A stretch of 62,251 nucleotides of DNA, the filler included, from Candidatus Eiseniibacteriota bacterium (lineage in GTDB: Bacteria; Orphanbacterota; Orphanbacteria; Orphanbacterales; Orphanbacteraceae): the NCBI GenBank assembly GCA_043809585.1. It is 5 parts of 5 records of this genome, joined end to end, with 100 filler letters (N's around TTAATTAATTAA, not from the genome) between each part and the next. Parts side by side here need not be neighbours in the genome. Positions count along the whole stretch, not along the records: positions 16,483 to 33,712 come from JBDROZ010000060.1; 4 more parts are not named here. The stretch is one strand, 5' to 3'. Under the pieces are notes generated by a model. The model was given only the letters and a program-made list of their open reading frames with translations, did no database searches and was not told the origin of the DNA. The stretch's first letter is position 1. Each line of letters starts with the position of its first letter. The position numbers and the translations under genes were made by a program. This document shows positions 16,917 to 26,477 of this stretch, piece by piece.

Positions 16917-19466
16917 ATGCGTTCATGGATCGTTCTCACCCTGTCGCTCGTCCTCGCCGCTGGCGCCGCGCTTGCCGACGGCACGGCCTTTCTCGACTAC
17001 CACCGAGGCACGGGCTATCTCCCCCAGACGCCGAGCGTGACCGGCGGCGGGGCCGCCGCCTTCGCCAACCCGGCCGCGTGGGCGACCACGGGCGACGGCA
17101 TGATGGACTTCTGGTGGAATGACCTCAGTGTCCGGGACGACCATCTCGACAACTGGGGATTCTCCTTCGGGCGCAACATCGGCTTCGCGATGCAGAGAAA
17201 CATCGATTGGACAAGCCCCTCCAGGGAGGGGTCGTACCGGGTCGACGACTATCAGATCGGCTTCGCGGGAGGGGATCGGCGCGGTTTCGTCGGCGCGGCC
17301 TGGCGCTGGTCCGGGGGTGAGTCGGGGCGGCTCGGCCGGGAGAACTCTTTCGTCGCGGGCGCCATGAAGCGCCCGAACCGGTACGTCTCCTTCGGTATGG
17401 CCTCGACCATCTCCGTGCAGTCCGATGCGCGTCTCGGCGTGGTCGACCTCGGCCTTCGCCCCCTCGGAAAGCCGTGGGTCACCGTTTTCGGCGACTACTC
17501 ACTTACGGACCGGGACAATCTCGAGGCGGGCCGATGGGGCGGCGGCGTCGAGGTCCGTCCGTGGCGGGGCATCCATCTCGGCTTCAAGGCCCGCGAGGCG
17601 GAGGACGAGACCGGCGACGACTACGATTACAGCCTGAACTTCGGCGTCACCCTGAACGGAACGGGATTCCACGCGCTCCCCGGATATGACCAAGACGGCG
17701 ACCGGGGCGCGACCACCTATCTCGTGCGGAGCAACCCCCCCTACGCGGGGATTCCCGTCGACCGGTGGCTGCGGAAGATCTTCGAGAAGCCCCGCTACGT
17801 GCCGGTGGATCTCGAGAACAAGCGGATCACCTATCAGAAGGCGCAGTGGTTCGAGGATGAAAGGGTCGCGTGGCTCGATCTGGCGGTCGAGCTCGACCGG
17901 ATCGGCGACGATCCGGCGGTCCGGGGCGTGGTCTTCAACCTGGCGGGCACGGCGCTCTCCCCTTCGATCACCTGGGAGTTCCGGCGGAAGATGGACGATC
18001 TCCGGGCGGGGGGCAAAGAGATCGTCGTCCACATCGACAGGATGACGAACCTCGGTTACTACCTCGCCTGCGGCGCCGACCGGATCAGCATCGATCCCCA
18101 GGGGAATGTGTTCATCCCCGGTCTTGCCGCCCACCGGACCTACATGCGGGGTCTGTTCGACAAGTTCGGCGTCGGTGTCGAAGAGTGGCGCTACTTTACC
18201 CACAAGTCCGCCTTCGAGGGGTTCACCCGGACCGACATGTCCGACGCGGACCGGGAGCAGATCGGCCGTGCCATCGACGTGATCTACGAGACCATGCGGG
18301 AGGGGGTTTGCGAAACCCGGGACATGACCCCCGGCGGGTTCGACGCCCTCGTGGACGGGCAGGCGATCTTCACCGCCCCTCTGGCCCTCGAGGCGGGTCT
18401 CGTCGACACCCTCGCCCGGTGGGACGGGATGGGCGACTGGATCGAGGAGAACCGGGACGGCGCGCGGTTCGCGTCCCGCGCCCCCTACCCGGACGAGAGG
18501 ATTCTCTATGACGAAGCGTGGGGCCGCCCGAAGGAACTCGCCATCGTCTACGCGCTCGGCCAGTGCGCCATGGACACGGGGATCCGGGGGAGGGCGACGT
18601 CGAAGCACATGCGGGAACTCGCGGAGCGCGGCGACGTGGCCGCCGTGGTTCTTCGGGCCGACTCGCCCGGAGGGGACGCGCTTCCGAGCGATCTGATCGC
18701 CGAGGCGACGATGAAGCTCAGGGACGCGGAGAAGCCGGTGGTCGTCTCCCAGGGAGACGTGGCCGGGTCGGGGGGGTATTGGATCAGCATGCGGGGGACC
18801 AAGATCCTCACCACGCCCGTCACGATCACCGGATCGATCGGCGTGATCGGCGGCTGGTTCTGGGACGACGGGATCGGCGGCAAGACGGGCTTCAGCGCCG
18901 ACGGTGTTCAACGGGGCGAACACGCCGATCTCTTCACCGGCATCCGGTTCCCCCTCCTCGGGCGGCTCCCGGAGAGGAATCTGAACGACGAGGAGAAAGC
19001 GGCCATCCGGGGTCTTTTCATGGACCTGTACGGAGATTTCGTGCGGCAGGTCGCCGAGGGCCGCGGGGTTTCGGAAGAGCATGTCCGCGAAGTGGGGGAA
19101 GGCCGGATCTGGATGGGGGACGATGCCGTCGAGCGGAAGCTGGCGGACGAGATCGGAGGACTTCAAGATGCCGTCGCCGAGGCGCGGCGTCTCGCCGGCG
19201 TGGACGAAGAGGAGGAGATGATCGTCACCGAGTTCCCCCCCCGGCCCCGGTTCCGGTTTCCGAACATGGGCGGGAGCCCCTTGGACCTGCTCCTCTCGCC
19301 GCTCGCCGCCCGGCTGGGCGTCGCCCATGCCGCGCCCGGGGAAGAGACCGCCTCCTACGAGGAGACCTATCTGAGGGCCCTCGCCGAATCGCCCGGCGTG
19401 CCCCTCCTTCTGACGCCGCCCGAGTGGATGCCGGAGGAGTACTCGTCGACGGGGGGGAAGCCTTGA
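16917..19466 (+). CDS. sppA: Signal peptide peptidase SppA (S49, tandem domains) with long N-terminal beta-rich extension
   Basis: YYLACGAD, KSAFEGFTR, RADSPGGDA, VAGSGGYWIS, TITGSIGV, GRIWMG, DEIGGL. Signal peptide plus about 270 aa N-terminal domain. Confidence 0.9.
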   Translation: MRSWIVLTLSLVLAAGAALADGTAFLDYHRGTGYLPQTPSVTGGGAAAFANPAAWATTGDGMMDFWWNDLSVRDDHLDNWGFSFGRNIGFAMQRNIDWTSPSREGSYRVDDYQIGFAGGDRRGFVGAAWRWSGGESGRLGRENSFVAGAMKRPNRYVSFGMASTISVQSDARLGVVDLGLRPLGKPWVTVFGDYSLTDRDNLEAGRWGGGVEVRPWRGIHLGFKAREAEDETGDDYDYSLNFGVTLNGTGFHALPGYDQDGDRGATTYLVRSNPPYAGIPVDRWLRKIFEKPRYVPVDLENKRITYQKAQWFEDERVAWLDLAVELDRIGDDPAVRGVVFNLAGTALSPSITWEFRRKMDDLRAGGKEIVVHIDRMTNLGYYLACGADRISIDPQGNVFIPGLAAHRTYMRGLFDKFGVGVEEWRYFTHKSAFEGFTRTDMSDADREQIGRAIDVIYETMREGVCETRDMTPGGFDALVDGQAIFTAPLALEAGLVDTLARWDGMGDWIEENRDGARFASRAPYPDERILYDEAWGRPKELAIVYALGQCAMDTGIRGRATSKHMRELAERGDVAAVVLRADSPGGDALPSDLIAEATMKLRDAEKPVVVSQGDVAGSGGYWISMRGTKILTTPVTITGSIGVIGGWFWDDGIGGKTGFSADGVQRGEHADLFTGIRFPLLGRLPERNLNDEEKAAIRGLFMDLYGDFVRQVAEGRGVSEEHVREVGEGRIWMGDDAVERKLADEIGGLQDAVAEARRLAGVDEEEEMIVTEFPPRPRFRFPNMGGSPLDLLLSPLAARLGVAHAAPGEETASYEETYLRALAESPGVPLLLTPPEWMPEEYSSTGGKP

Positions 19467-19560
19467 TTTCGGTGGGCCGCGATTCGATGCCCGCAACTTC
19501 ACTTGTCGGTCTGTCCGGCTTCGTGCTATGATCCTCCCGAACTCTCACGGGGGGACATCC

Positions 19561-20733
19561 ATGATCAGGGCACCGGAGACCGAGGAGACCGGCGTGAGAG
19601 GGGATCTCTTCGACGGGCACCGCCGCGGCGTCGCCCTCCTCCGGCGGCTTCTGATCAGCCCCGCTCGGGACGACCGGGACCGTTTCGCTTCCTACTGCCT
19701 CGTCTATGTGCGCGCCTACCTGCAGAGAAACTGGCACCGCTGGGCGTCGGGATTCGATTTCGAGTTCGCCACCGCCCTCCTTTCCGCCGCCCACATGGCC
19801 GTCGCCGGCCTTCTGCGTGAGGAAGAAGAGCCGTACCGTCTCGTCCGGCTCGACGCCGAGATGGCGAAACTCTGGCGGCGGAGACCGCCCGTCCCGGGGG
19901 CCCTTCTCGGCGATCCGCCCGATTGGGCGGCCTCTCTCCCGCCGGTCGACGACGAGTACCTCCTTCAGCAACTTCGCCACCTCCTCCGCCTCGAGAGCGG
20001 TCAGGCGATGATCTTGGAATGGAAGAAGACGAACCCGGAGAAGTGGAGGGTGTGGAGCCAATTCAAGAGCCACGCCGCGCGGAGGGAAGATCTCCGCATC
20101 GTGAGGGACGCCCGGGGGTGGTTCGTCTGCGGGCCGGAGTCCGACATGTCCCTCCGGCCCATGAGTCGTGAGGTCGTCGGGGATCTTCTCGGCGCGGGTT
20201 GCTCCACCGTGAGGCGGGCCCTCGAGCTGCTCTCGGCGGAACTCTCTCCGTTGAACGCACACGGCGGGTACTGTGTCCTTTCCGACCTCGTGCTCGTTTA
20301 CATCGATCTCGTGACGAAGAGGCTTCTTTTCGAGGGGAACGGGACGGGAGCGCTCCCGCGCGATCTGGGGCCGCGGTTGACGAGGACCGGTCTTCCCGAG
20401 TCGGTGTGGAGCGAGGGGGTGCGGGAGGATGTTCGTGCCATGGCGGAGGAGTATCTCGAGAGAGACGCCCGCAAGAACGGCGCCTCTCTCGAGTCGGGTT
20501 GTCGTCTCGCCGTGGGGGCCGTCGTGGTCGAGATGATCTCACGGAACTTCGATCTGGGCCGGCCCGCCTGGGCCGGGCTCTCCCAAAAGGGCCTGGCCCT
20601 CTTCCTCGTCCCCGCCCTCACGGGGGAGAGCTACGAGAAGGGCATACGGGAGCGCATCGACTATACGGTTCGGCGGATTCGGAATGATCTGGCGATGACG
20701 GGCGCCCGCCGCCACGGAAGAGAGGGAGCATGA
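19561..20733 (+). CDS. Hypothetical protein, possibly a divergent sigma-70/ECF-like factor
   Basis: Soluble, helical-looking 390 aa ORF with RBS GGGGGA. Basic C-terminal helix (IRERIDYTVRRIRNDL) recalls sigma region 4.2. Translationally coupled to an HxxxCxxC protein. The sigma call is an inference. Confidence 0.45.
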   Translation: MIRAPETEETGVRGDLFDGHRRGVALLRRLLISPARDDRDRFASYCLVYVRAYLQRNWHRWASGFDFEFATALLSAAHMAVAGLLREEEEPYRLVRLDAEMAKLWRRRPPVPGALLGDPPDWAASLPPVDDEYLLQQLRHLLRLESGQAMILEWKKTNPEKWRVWSQFKSHAARREDLRIVRDARGWFVCGPESDMSLRPMSREVVGDLLGAGCSTVRRALELLSAELSPLNAHGGYCVLSDLVLVYIDLVTKRLLFEGNGTGALPRDLGPRLTRTGLPESVWSEGVREDVRAMAEEYLERDARKNGASLESGCRLAVGAVVVEMISRNFDLGRPAWAGLSQKGLALFLVPALTGESYEKGIRERIDYTVRRIRNDLAMTGARRHGREGA

Positions 20734-21287
20734 TGGCGTCCGGCCCCTGCTGGGAAGAACAGCGGATCGAGAGGGCGGCTCTCCGTCTGGTCGACCGGGA
20801 ATCGGCGTCCGGCGGGGGGGACCTCCCCGCGGAGCTGGACTCAATCGTCACCCACGGGAAGGAGTGCGCCCGGTGCCGCGATCTCCTCGCCCTCTTCCTC
20901 GATGTGGAGCGGCAGGTCCGGATCGAGCCTGCGGAGATCGACATGGACCGGATCGTCCTCCTCGAAGTCCGGGAGGGCCCCGAGATCCGCCTCACCGAGA
21001 GGGATCGGGAAGAGGCGCCCTCTGCGCTCGCCGCGGACGCTTCGCCGGCGGTTTCCGGCGGGAGCGAACTCGCCCCCCGCTCCTACGCCAGCGAAGACGG
21101 CCGGTACCGGATCCGGGTGATGCCCAATCGCTCGGGGACGGGCGCGACGGCGATCCTGGTCCAGGGCCCCGGAAGCGATCGGATGCCCTTTCTCCGCGGG
21201 CCGGGCGGGGATCACGAATTCCACGACGGCATTCACGCGGCCCTCCCCGGCCTCCCGGGACCCCGGGTCGAGATCCGTTTCCGTTAA
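20730..21287 (+). CDS. Zinc-binding anti-sigma-like protein (ZAS/zf-HC2-type motif)
   Basis: H42-GKE-C46-AR-C49 plus upstream Cys7; linker with ALAADAS; beta-rich C-terminal domain; no TM; ATGA overlap with upstream gene. Confidence 0.65.
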   Translation: MMASGPCWEEQRIERAALRLVDRESASGGGDLPAELDSIVTHGKECARCRDLLALFLDVERQVRIEPAEIDMDRIVLLEVREGPEIRLTERDREEAPSALAADASPAVSGGSELAPRSYASEDGRYRIRVMPNRSGTGATAILVQGPGSDRMPFLRGPGGDHEFHDGIHAALPGLPGPRVEIRFR

Positions 21288-21302
21288 ACCAGTCGGGGAC
21301 CG

Positions 21303-23471
21303 ATGGACGCAGGGGAAATCCGGGACCTCTACGAAAACATGCGGGCCCTTCTCGAAACGGGTCAGCCCCCGGTCCTCCGGGTGCTGCTCCGCGTCCGGTT
21401 CTTGGAAATCGCCCTCCCCGAAAGCCCCGCCGTCTGGAGCGCCTACGGCTACGAAACCGCCTCCGCCCTCGCTTCGGACCTCGTCGCCGCCGGTCCCGGC
21501 GGTCTCTCTCCCCGCGATCGGATCGCGACCCTCGGTGTGTTCGATCGATGCGCGGCGCTCCCCGTGCCGCCCCACGGAGACCGGGTTTCGTGGGAGAAGG
21601 AGATCGATGGCGCCCGCCGGTTCCTTGCGGGCCCGGAAGCCGGGGATCGCGATCGCCGCGGGTGGGACCGTCTGGAGGAGAGGCCGTCCCGGCTACCGGG
21701 GGATGTCATCGTGCCCGGCGTCGCCCGCCTCCGGGGGAACGATTCCGCCCATCCCCGCCTTCGCGACCTGACCGCCGGCGGTCTCATCCCCGTAACGGTC
21801 CGGGCCGAGGGGGTCCTCCGGGCGAACCCCTCCGGCCGGCGCATGTCGGGGCCGGTGCGACGAGGCCCCGGCGAGGAGTCGCTCCGCCGCGTGCCGGAGG
21901 AGGCGGCCCGTCTTCGCGTGTGGGGCGCTCCTTCCCCCTCCCGCACCCGTTTCGAACTGGAGATGGACCGGACTCCGGCGTCCCTCGACGGGAGATCGTG
22001 CGAACTCGCCCTCGTCCTCGGGGCGGCCGCCGCCTGGTCCGTCCTGGCCCCTCGGTTCCGGTACCGGCGAATCCGGGAGGGCGTCGCGATGACCGGCGTC
22101 GTCTCGAACGGGGAGGTTCGGCCGGTCGAGGGAACGACCCTCGCCGCCAAGGTGGAGGCCTGCTTCCACGGCCCCGTGCGATTCCTCTGCGTGCCCATCT
22201 CCGAGGAGGAGCACGCCTCTTCGATCGCCCGGAATCTCCGGGCCGAGCACCCGGAAAGAGGACTGGGGATCCGGGGGGTCGGGGCGATCCGGGATGTCTG
22301 GGAAGACCGGGACATCTGCGAGGATGTGCGGCGGTCCTTCTTCGGTTGGCTCGTGACCCTCTTCCGCCGGATCGCCGTCAGCCGGACCCTCACCGGGATC
22401 CTCCTGCTGATCGCCGTGCTGCTCGCCTCCCTCGTCGGCCGGGAGTGGTACTTGAACCGGCCTCTCCCCGCCGCCGCCCATTGGGAGGGGGACCGCGTCT
22501 TCGTCGCCAACAGGCACGGCCGGGTCATCTTCGTGATCGACGAGCCGGGCCGGTACCGTCCCCACAACGTCGAGAATGCCACGTTCGACAAGATCGGCGC
22601 CCGCCTCGCCGTCTGGGACCTCGACGGCGACGGCGTGAGCGAAATCCTCGTGATGTTCCGGGGGAACGGCGCGCTGATCGAGCGAATGTCCGCATACGAT
22701 TGTCACGGGCGTCGCCTCTGGTCCCACGACGCGCCGGGTTTCGGGTTTCCGCCGGGCATCACCGAGGATTCCTTTCAGTGGATCGCTTTCTACTCCGCCG
22801 GGACCCGGGAGAGAGGGTCGTTGCAGTTGATGGCCGTCCGCCGGTCCGCCCTCGGTTCCCTCTCGATCGCCGACCGGATCGACGGCGCCACGGGGGAGCA
22901 CCGGGGAATGCTCGCGAACGACGGGCACATGGAAGGGGTCTACCCCCTCGACGCCGACGGAGACGGATCCCTCGAGCTACTCATGAGCGCGACCCACAAC
23001 CCCTCCGGCATGGGGCTCCTCGCGGTGATCCGCCTCGACGGATGGAGGCCCTCCGCCGAGCCCCTCCCGCCCGGCCGAATCCCGCACCTCACGGATCCGA
23101 GCGTCCTGAACGCCGGGGTCGTCGCGGCGATCCGTTTCCCCCTGGACGACCATTCCGTGACCCGTGCCCACGCGCGGGAGATCGGTAAGCGGGGAGGGTT
23201 CGTTCACGTCTGCGTCATCGGCGGCTGGGGAGAGCGGAGCCTGCCCACGGAAAGGGCGGAGTTTCGCTGCGTTCTCTATTATCTCGATTGTTCGGTTCTT
23301 CGCCGGCCGGTGCTGGAGCGGGTGGCCTTCGTCGACTCCTACAGGGCCCTCATCATGGGGTACCACCCGGAATTCACCAATGACGATCTGGACGCGGAGG
23401 CGGAGCGCCTCGCCCGGGGGACCGAGTACCTGACCTCGGAAGGGTGGAGGCCGGTCCCGAGGCGGGAGTGA
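21303..23471 (+). CDS. Single-pass membrane protein: Lon/S16-type protease domain, TM, FG-GAP-like domain
   Basis: LDGRS(232)CELA, VAMTGVVSNGEVRPVEG and LAAK(283)VEA match the Lon DGPSAG/AMTGE/K pattern. No AAA+ Walker motifs seen. TM about aa 362-379, then WDLDGDGVSEIL and LDADGDGSLELL. Confidence 0.75.
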   Translation: MDAGEIRDLYENMRALLETGQPPVLRVLLRVRFLEIALPESPAVWSAYGYETASALASDLVAAGPGGLSPRDRIATLGVFDRCAALPVPPHGDRVSWEKEIDGARRFLAGPEAGDRDRRGWDRLEERPSRLPGDVIVPGVARLRGNDSAHPRLRDLTAGGLIPVTVRAEGVLRANPSGRRMSGPVRRGPGEESLRRVPEEAARLRVWGAPSPSRTRFELEMDRTPASLDGRSCELALVLGAAAAWSVLAPRFRYRRIREGVAMTGVVSNGEVRPVEGTTLAAKVEACFHGPVRFLCVPISEEEHASSIARNLRAEHPERGLGIRGVGAIRDVWEDRDICEDVRRSFFGWLVTLFRRIAVSRTLTGILLLIAVLLASLVGREWYLNRPLPAAAHWEGDRVFVANRHGRVIFVIDEPGRYRPHNVENATFDKIGARLAVWDLDGDGVSEILVMFRGNGALIERMSAYDCHGRRLWSHDAPGFGFPPGITEDSFQWIAFYSAGTRERGSLQLMAVRRSALGSLSIADRIDGATGEHRGMLANDGHMEGVYPLDADGDGSLELLMSATHNPSGMGLLAVIRLDGWRPSAEPLPPGRIPHLTDPSVLNAGVVAAIRFPLDDHSVTRAHAREIGKRGGFVHVCVIGGWGERSLPTERAEFRCVLYYLDCSVLRRPVLERVAFVDSYRALIMGYHPEFTNDDLDAEAERLARGTEYLTSEGWRPVPRRE

Positions 23472-23490
23472 TGGGGTGGGGGTTCCGGCG

Positions 23491-23740
23491 CGAAGTCGGG
23501 TCTTTCTCGGACTCCTCCTCTGCACCTTGGAGCAGTCGTGCTCGTGGGCGGTATCCGTCCGGAGTGGGCGGGTCGGGGGAGCGGCTTCGGGAGTGATGGG
23601 GGCATAGCCGGGGAGTTGTTGCCGCCTTTCTGGGCGCCTCCTCTACGAGCCCGGAGAAAGGGAGGGTTCTCTCCCGCCGTTCGACGAGCGTTCAAGTCTG
23701 CCCCTCTATCCCTCCCTCAGCCGCCCCCCCGCCCCGCCGG
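23491..23740 (-). repeat. Structured intergenic repeat family B, copy 2 (inverted)
   Basis: Reverse complement aligns with 12246-12495. Confidence 0.85.
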
Positions 23741-23785
23741 GGCTCCACTCTCACTCCGAAGTGCCAAGGGAGTCGGTGAGGTGCC

Positions 23786-23887
23786 GCCTTTCGGTACCAG
23801 ATTCTCCCGGAGCGAAGCGAAGGGGTTTCTGGTTCCGAAAGGCCACTCCCGGGGCGAAGCGAAGGGGTTTCTGGTTCCGAAAGGCCG
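23786..23887. repeat. REP-like hairpin with a 42-bp tandem duplication
   Basis: CTCCCGGRGCGAAGCGAAGGGGTTTCTGGTTCCGAAAGGCC at 23804 and 23846; upstream GCCTTTCGGTACCAGA is its imperfect inverted complement. Confidence 0.8.
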
Positions 23888-23932
23888 CGTATCAGGTAAG
23901 ACGGGCGGAGCGTTTTCTTGTATGCTCAATCC

Positions 23933-24838
23933 ATGGTCAAAAAGAGAAAACCGCTTGGCGAGGAGCGGTTCTGGATCAATGGCCGGTTCGTCGGGGACGA
24001 CGGGGCGACCATCTCCCTTCTCGACCGGGGTGTTCTCTTCGGCGACGCCCTTTACGAGGTGGTGCGCTTCTACCGCCGCCGGCTCTTCCTCCTGGACGGG
24101 CATCTCGACCGTCTCTTCGAAGAAGCGGCGACGATCGGGCTTCCGGCCCCCTGCGGCCGGGAGGAGATCGGACGGGCCATCGAAGGGCTCGCGGCCCGCG
24201 GCGAGGAGGAGGATGGACTGGTGCTTCTCCATTGGACCCGGGGGGAAGGCCCGCGAAGACTGGCGCCTCCGCCGGGGCTTCGGGGGAATCTCTTCGCCAT
24301 CCGGCTCCCCCTGCCCGCGCTCCCGCGGAGGGCCCGCCGCGAAGGGGTTTCGGTCGTGACCCTCCCCGATCGACGCTGGCCGGGCGCGGACATCAAGAGC
24401 GTCAACCTCCTCGCGAATGTCCTCGCGCGGAAGGTCGCGGAAGAGCAGGGGGCCCACGAAGCCCTCCTCTACCGGGGGAAGGGCGACCGCGCCCGCCTCA
24501 CGGAAGGCACGTCGTCCTCCTTCTTCTTCGTCCTCGGCGGCGTTCTGGTGACGCCCGCCGTGCGGGGGCTTCTCCCCGGCATCACCCGGGACGCGGTGCT
24601 CCGGGTCGCCCGGGAATCGGAGATCCCCTTCGAAGAGAGGACGGTCCGGCTCGGCGAACTCCCCTCCGCGTGGGAGGTGTTCCTGACCGCCACATCCGCC
24701 GAGATCCTCCCGGTCCGCTCCATCGACGGCCGCACGCCGGCGTCAGCCACGCCCGGCCCCCTCACGATCCGCCTGATCGAGGGTTTCCGGCGCTACCGGC
24801 GGCGGATCCTCCGGGCCGTTCCCCCCGCCCGGCCCTAG
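23933..24838 (+). CDS. Aminotransferase class IV (D-amino acid / branched-chain aminotransferase-like)
   Basis: DRGVLFGDALYEV, HLDRL, IKSVNLL (PLP Lys), EGTSSSFF, LLPGITR, EVFLTAT. Confidence 0.92.
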   Translation: MVKKRKPLGEERFWINGRFVGDDGATISLLDRGVLFGDALYEVVRFYRRRLFLLDGHLDRLFEEAATIGLPAPCGREEIGRAIEGLAARGEEEDGLVLLHWTRGEGPRRLAPPPGLRGNLFAIRLPLPALPRRARREGVSVVTLPDRRWPGADIKSVNLLANVLARKVAEEQGAHEALLYRGKGDRARLTEGTSSSFFFVLGGVLVTPAVRGLLPGITRDAVLRVARESEIPFEERTVRLGELPSAWEVFLTATSAEILPVRSIDGRTPASATPGPLTIRLIEGFRRYRRRILRAVPPARP

Positions 24839-24969
24839 CCTTCGCTCCCGGCGTTTGGCCCCTCCCCATCGAATTCCGGGGACCCTGGACAGGGGGGATG
24901 GGTTCCGGCATACTTTCATGTCCCTCTCGAAGTCGGAAAACGGAGCCCGGATTGGGGAGAGTCGGAATC

Positions 24970-26457
24970 ATGAACGTGGTCTACGTTTCCTCCGAAGTCG
25001 TGCCCTTCGCCAAGACCGGCGGTCTCGCCGACGTGGCGGGGGCCCTACCGCCCGCCCTGGCCGCCCGGGGCCACCGGGTGTCGGTGGTCATGCCCTTCTA
25101 CCGATGCGTGCGGGACGGCGGATATCCCCTGACGGAGACGGAGCGGGCCGTCGTCGTTTCCATGGAAGATCGCGAAGAGACGGCCCGGATTCGCACCATG
25201 CCCATGGAAGGCGCGAAGAGGGGGGCCTACTTCTTCGTCGAGCACCCGCGCTTCTTCGAGAGGGGGAGCGGGCTCTACGGAACGGCGGATGGGGACTATC
25301 CGGACAACGACGAGCGCTTCGCCTTCTTCTCGAAGGCGGTGGCCAAGTGGCTCGCCGGGCAGGGCGAGCCGGTCGACATCGTGCACGTCAACGATTGGCA
25401 ATCGGCGCTCCTCCCGATCTATCTCAAACTTTGGTACGGCGGGAAGCCACCGCTCGCGAACGTCCGGTCGGTCCTGACCATCCACAATCTCGCCTATCAG
25501 GGCCTCTTCGATCCCCGGCGGTACACGATCACCGGCCTCCCCTACGGTCTCTACAAGCCCCACGGCGGCCTCGAGTTCTGGGGACGGATGAACTACCTGA
25601 AGGGGGGCATCCTCTACGCCGACGCGATCACCACCGTGAGCCGCCGGTACGCCGAGGAGATCCGGACCGAGGAGTTCGGCGCGGGATTGGACGGCGTACT
25701 CCGGGACCGGGAGGGGGCGGTGTTCGGCATCCAGAACGGGATCGATCCGGAGGTGTGGAATCCGGCGGCGGACGAACTCATCCCCGCGATCTACTCCGCC
25801 CAGAACCTGGGAGGAAAGGCGAACTGCAAGAGGGCCCTCCAGGAGGAGTGCGGTCTGGAGAGGGACCCGGCGATTCCGCTCTTCGCCATGATCTCCCGCC
25901 TGGCCGACCAGAAGGGACTCGACCTACTCGTCGGCGTTCTGGAAAAGCTGAAGCGGCGGAAGTTCCAGCTCGTTCTTCTCGGCACGGGGGACGAGAAGTA
26001 CCACCAGATCCTCGGCGCCCTCGCGAAGAGCCGGAAGAAACGCCTTTCCGTGAACCTCCGGTTCGACGACCGCCTCGCCCACCGGATCGAGGCCGGGGCG
26101 GACATCTTCCTCATGCCTTCCCGCTACGAGCCGTCGGGTCTGAACCAGCTTTACAGTCTCCGGTACGGCACGGTGCCTCTCGTGCGCGCCGTCGGGGGAC
26201 TCGCCGACACGGTGACCGACTGCACGGAGGAGACGCTCCGGACGGGGACGGCGACGGGATTTCGATTCGATGAATACTCGGTGGACGCATTCGCGGAAGC
26301 GTGGCTTCGTGCCCTCGAACTCTTCCGGGACCGGAAAGCGTGGGGCCGGCTCATGGCGGCCGGGATGAAGCAGGACTGGTCGTGGGACCGGAGCGCCGCG
26401 GAGTACGAGGAGCTTTACGAGAGGGTGCGCGCCCGGCGCGGCGCCCCGACATCTTGA
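24970..26457 (+). CDS. glgA: Glycogen synthase
   Basis: SEVVPFAKTGGLADV, HVNDWQ, TIHNLAYQG, SRLADQKG, MPSRYEPSGLNQ, GGLADTV. Confidence 0.96.
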   Translation: MNVVYVSSEVVPFAKTGGLADVAGALPPALAARGHRVSVVMPFYRCVRDGGYPLTETERAVVVSMEDREETARIRTMPMEGAKRGAYFFVEHPRFFERGSGLYGTADGDYPDNDERFAFFSKAVAKWLAGQGEPVDIVHVNDWQSALLPIYLKLWYGGKPPLANVRSVLTIHNLAYQGLFDPRRYTITGLPYGLYKPHGGLEFWGRMNYLKGGILYADAITTVSRRYAEEIRTEEFGAGLDGVLRDREGAVFGIQNGIDPEVWNPAADELIPAIYSAQNLGGKANCKRALQEECGLERDPAIPLFAMISRLADQKGLDLLVGVLEKLKRRKFQLVLLGTGDEKYHQILGALAKSRKKRLSVNLRFDDRLAHRIEAGADIFLMPSRYEPSGLNQLYSLRYGTVPLVRAVGGLADTVTDCTEETLRTGTATGFRFDEYSVDAFAEAWLRALELFRDRKAWGRLMAAGMKQDWSWDRSAAEYEELYERVRARRGAPTS

Positions 26458-26477
26458 GAGGAGCGGGCCGAGCCACG

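Noticed and set aside
23804..23887. 42-bp direct repeat as a CRISPR array
   Set aside because: Two abutting copies with no spacer and no cas genes.
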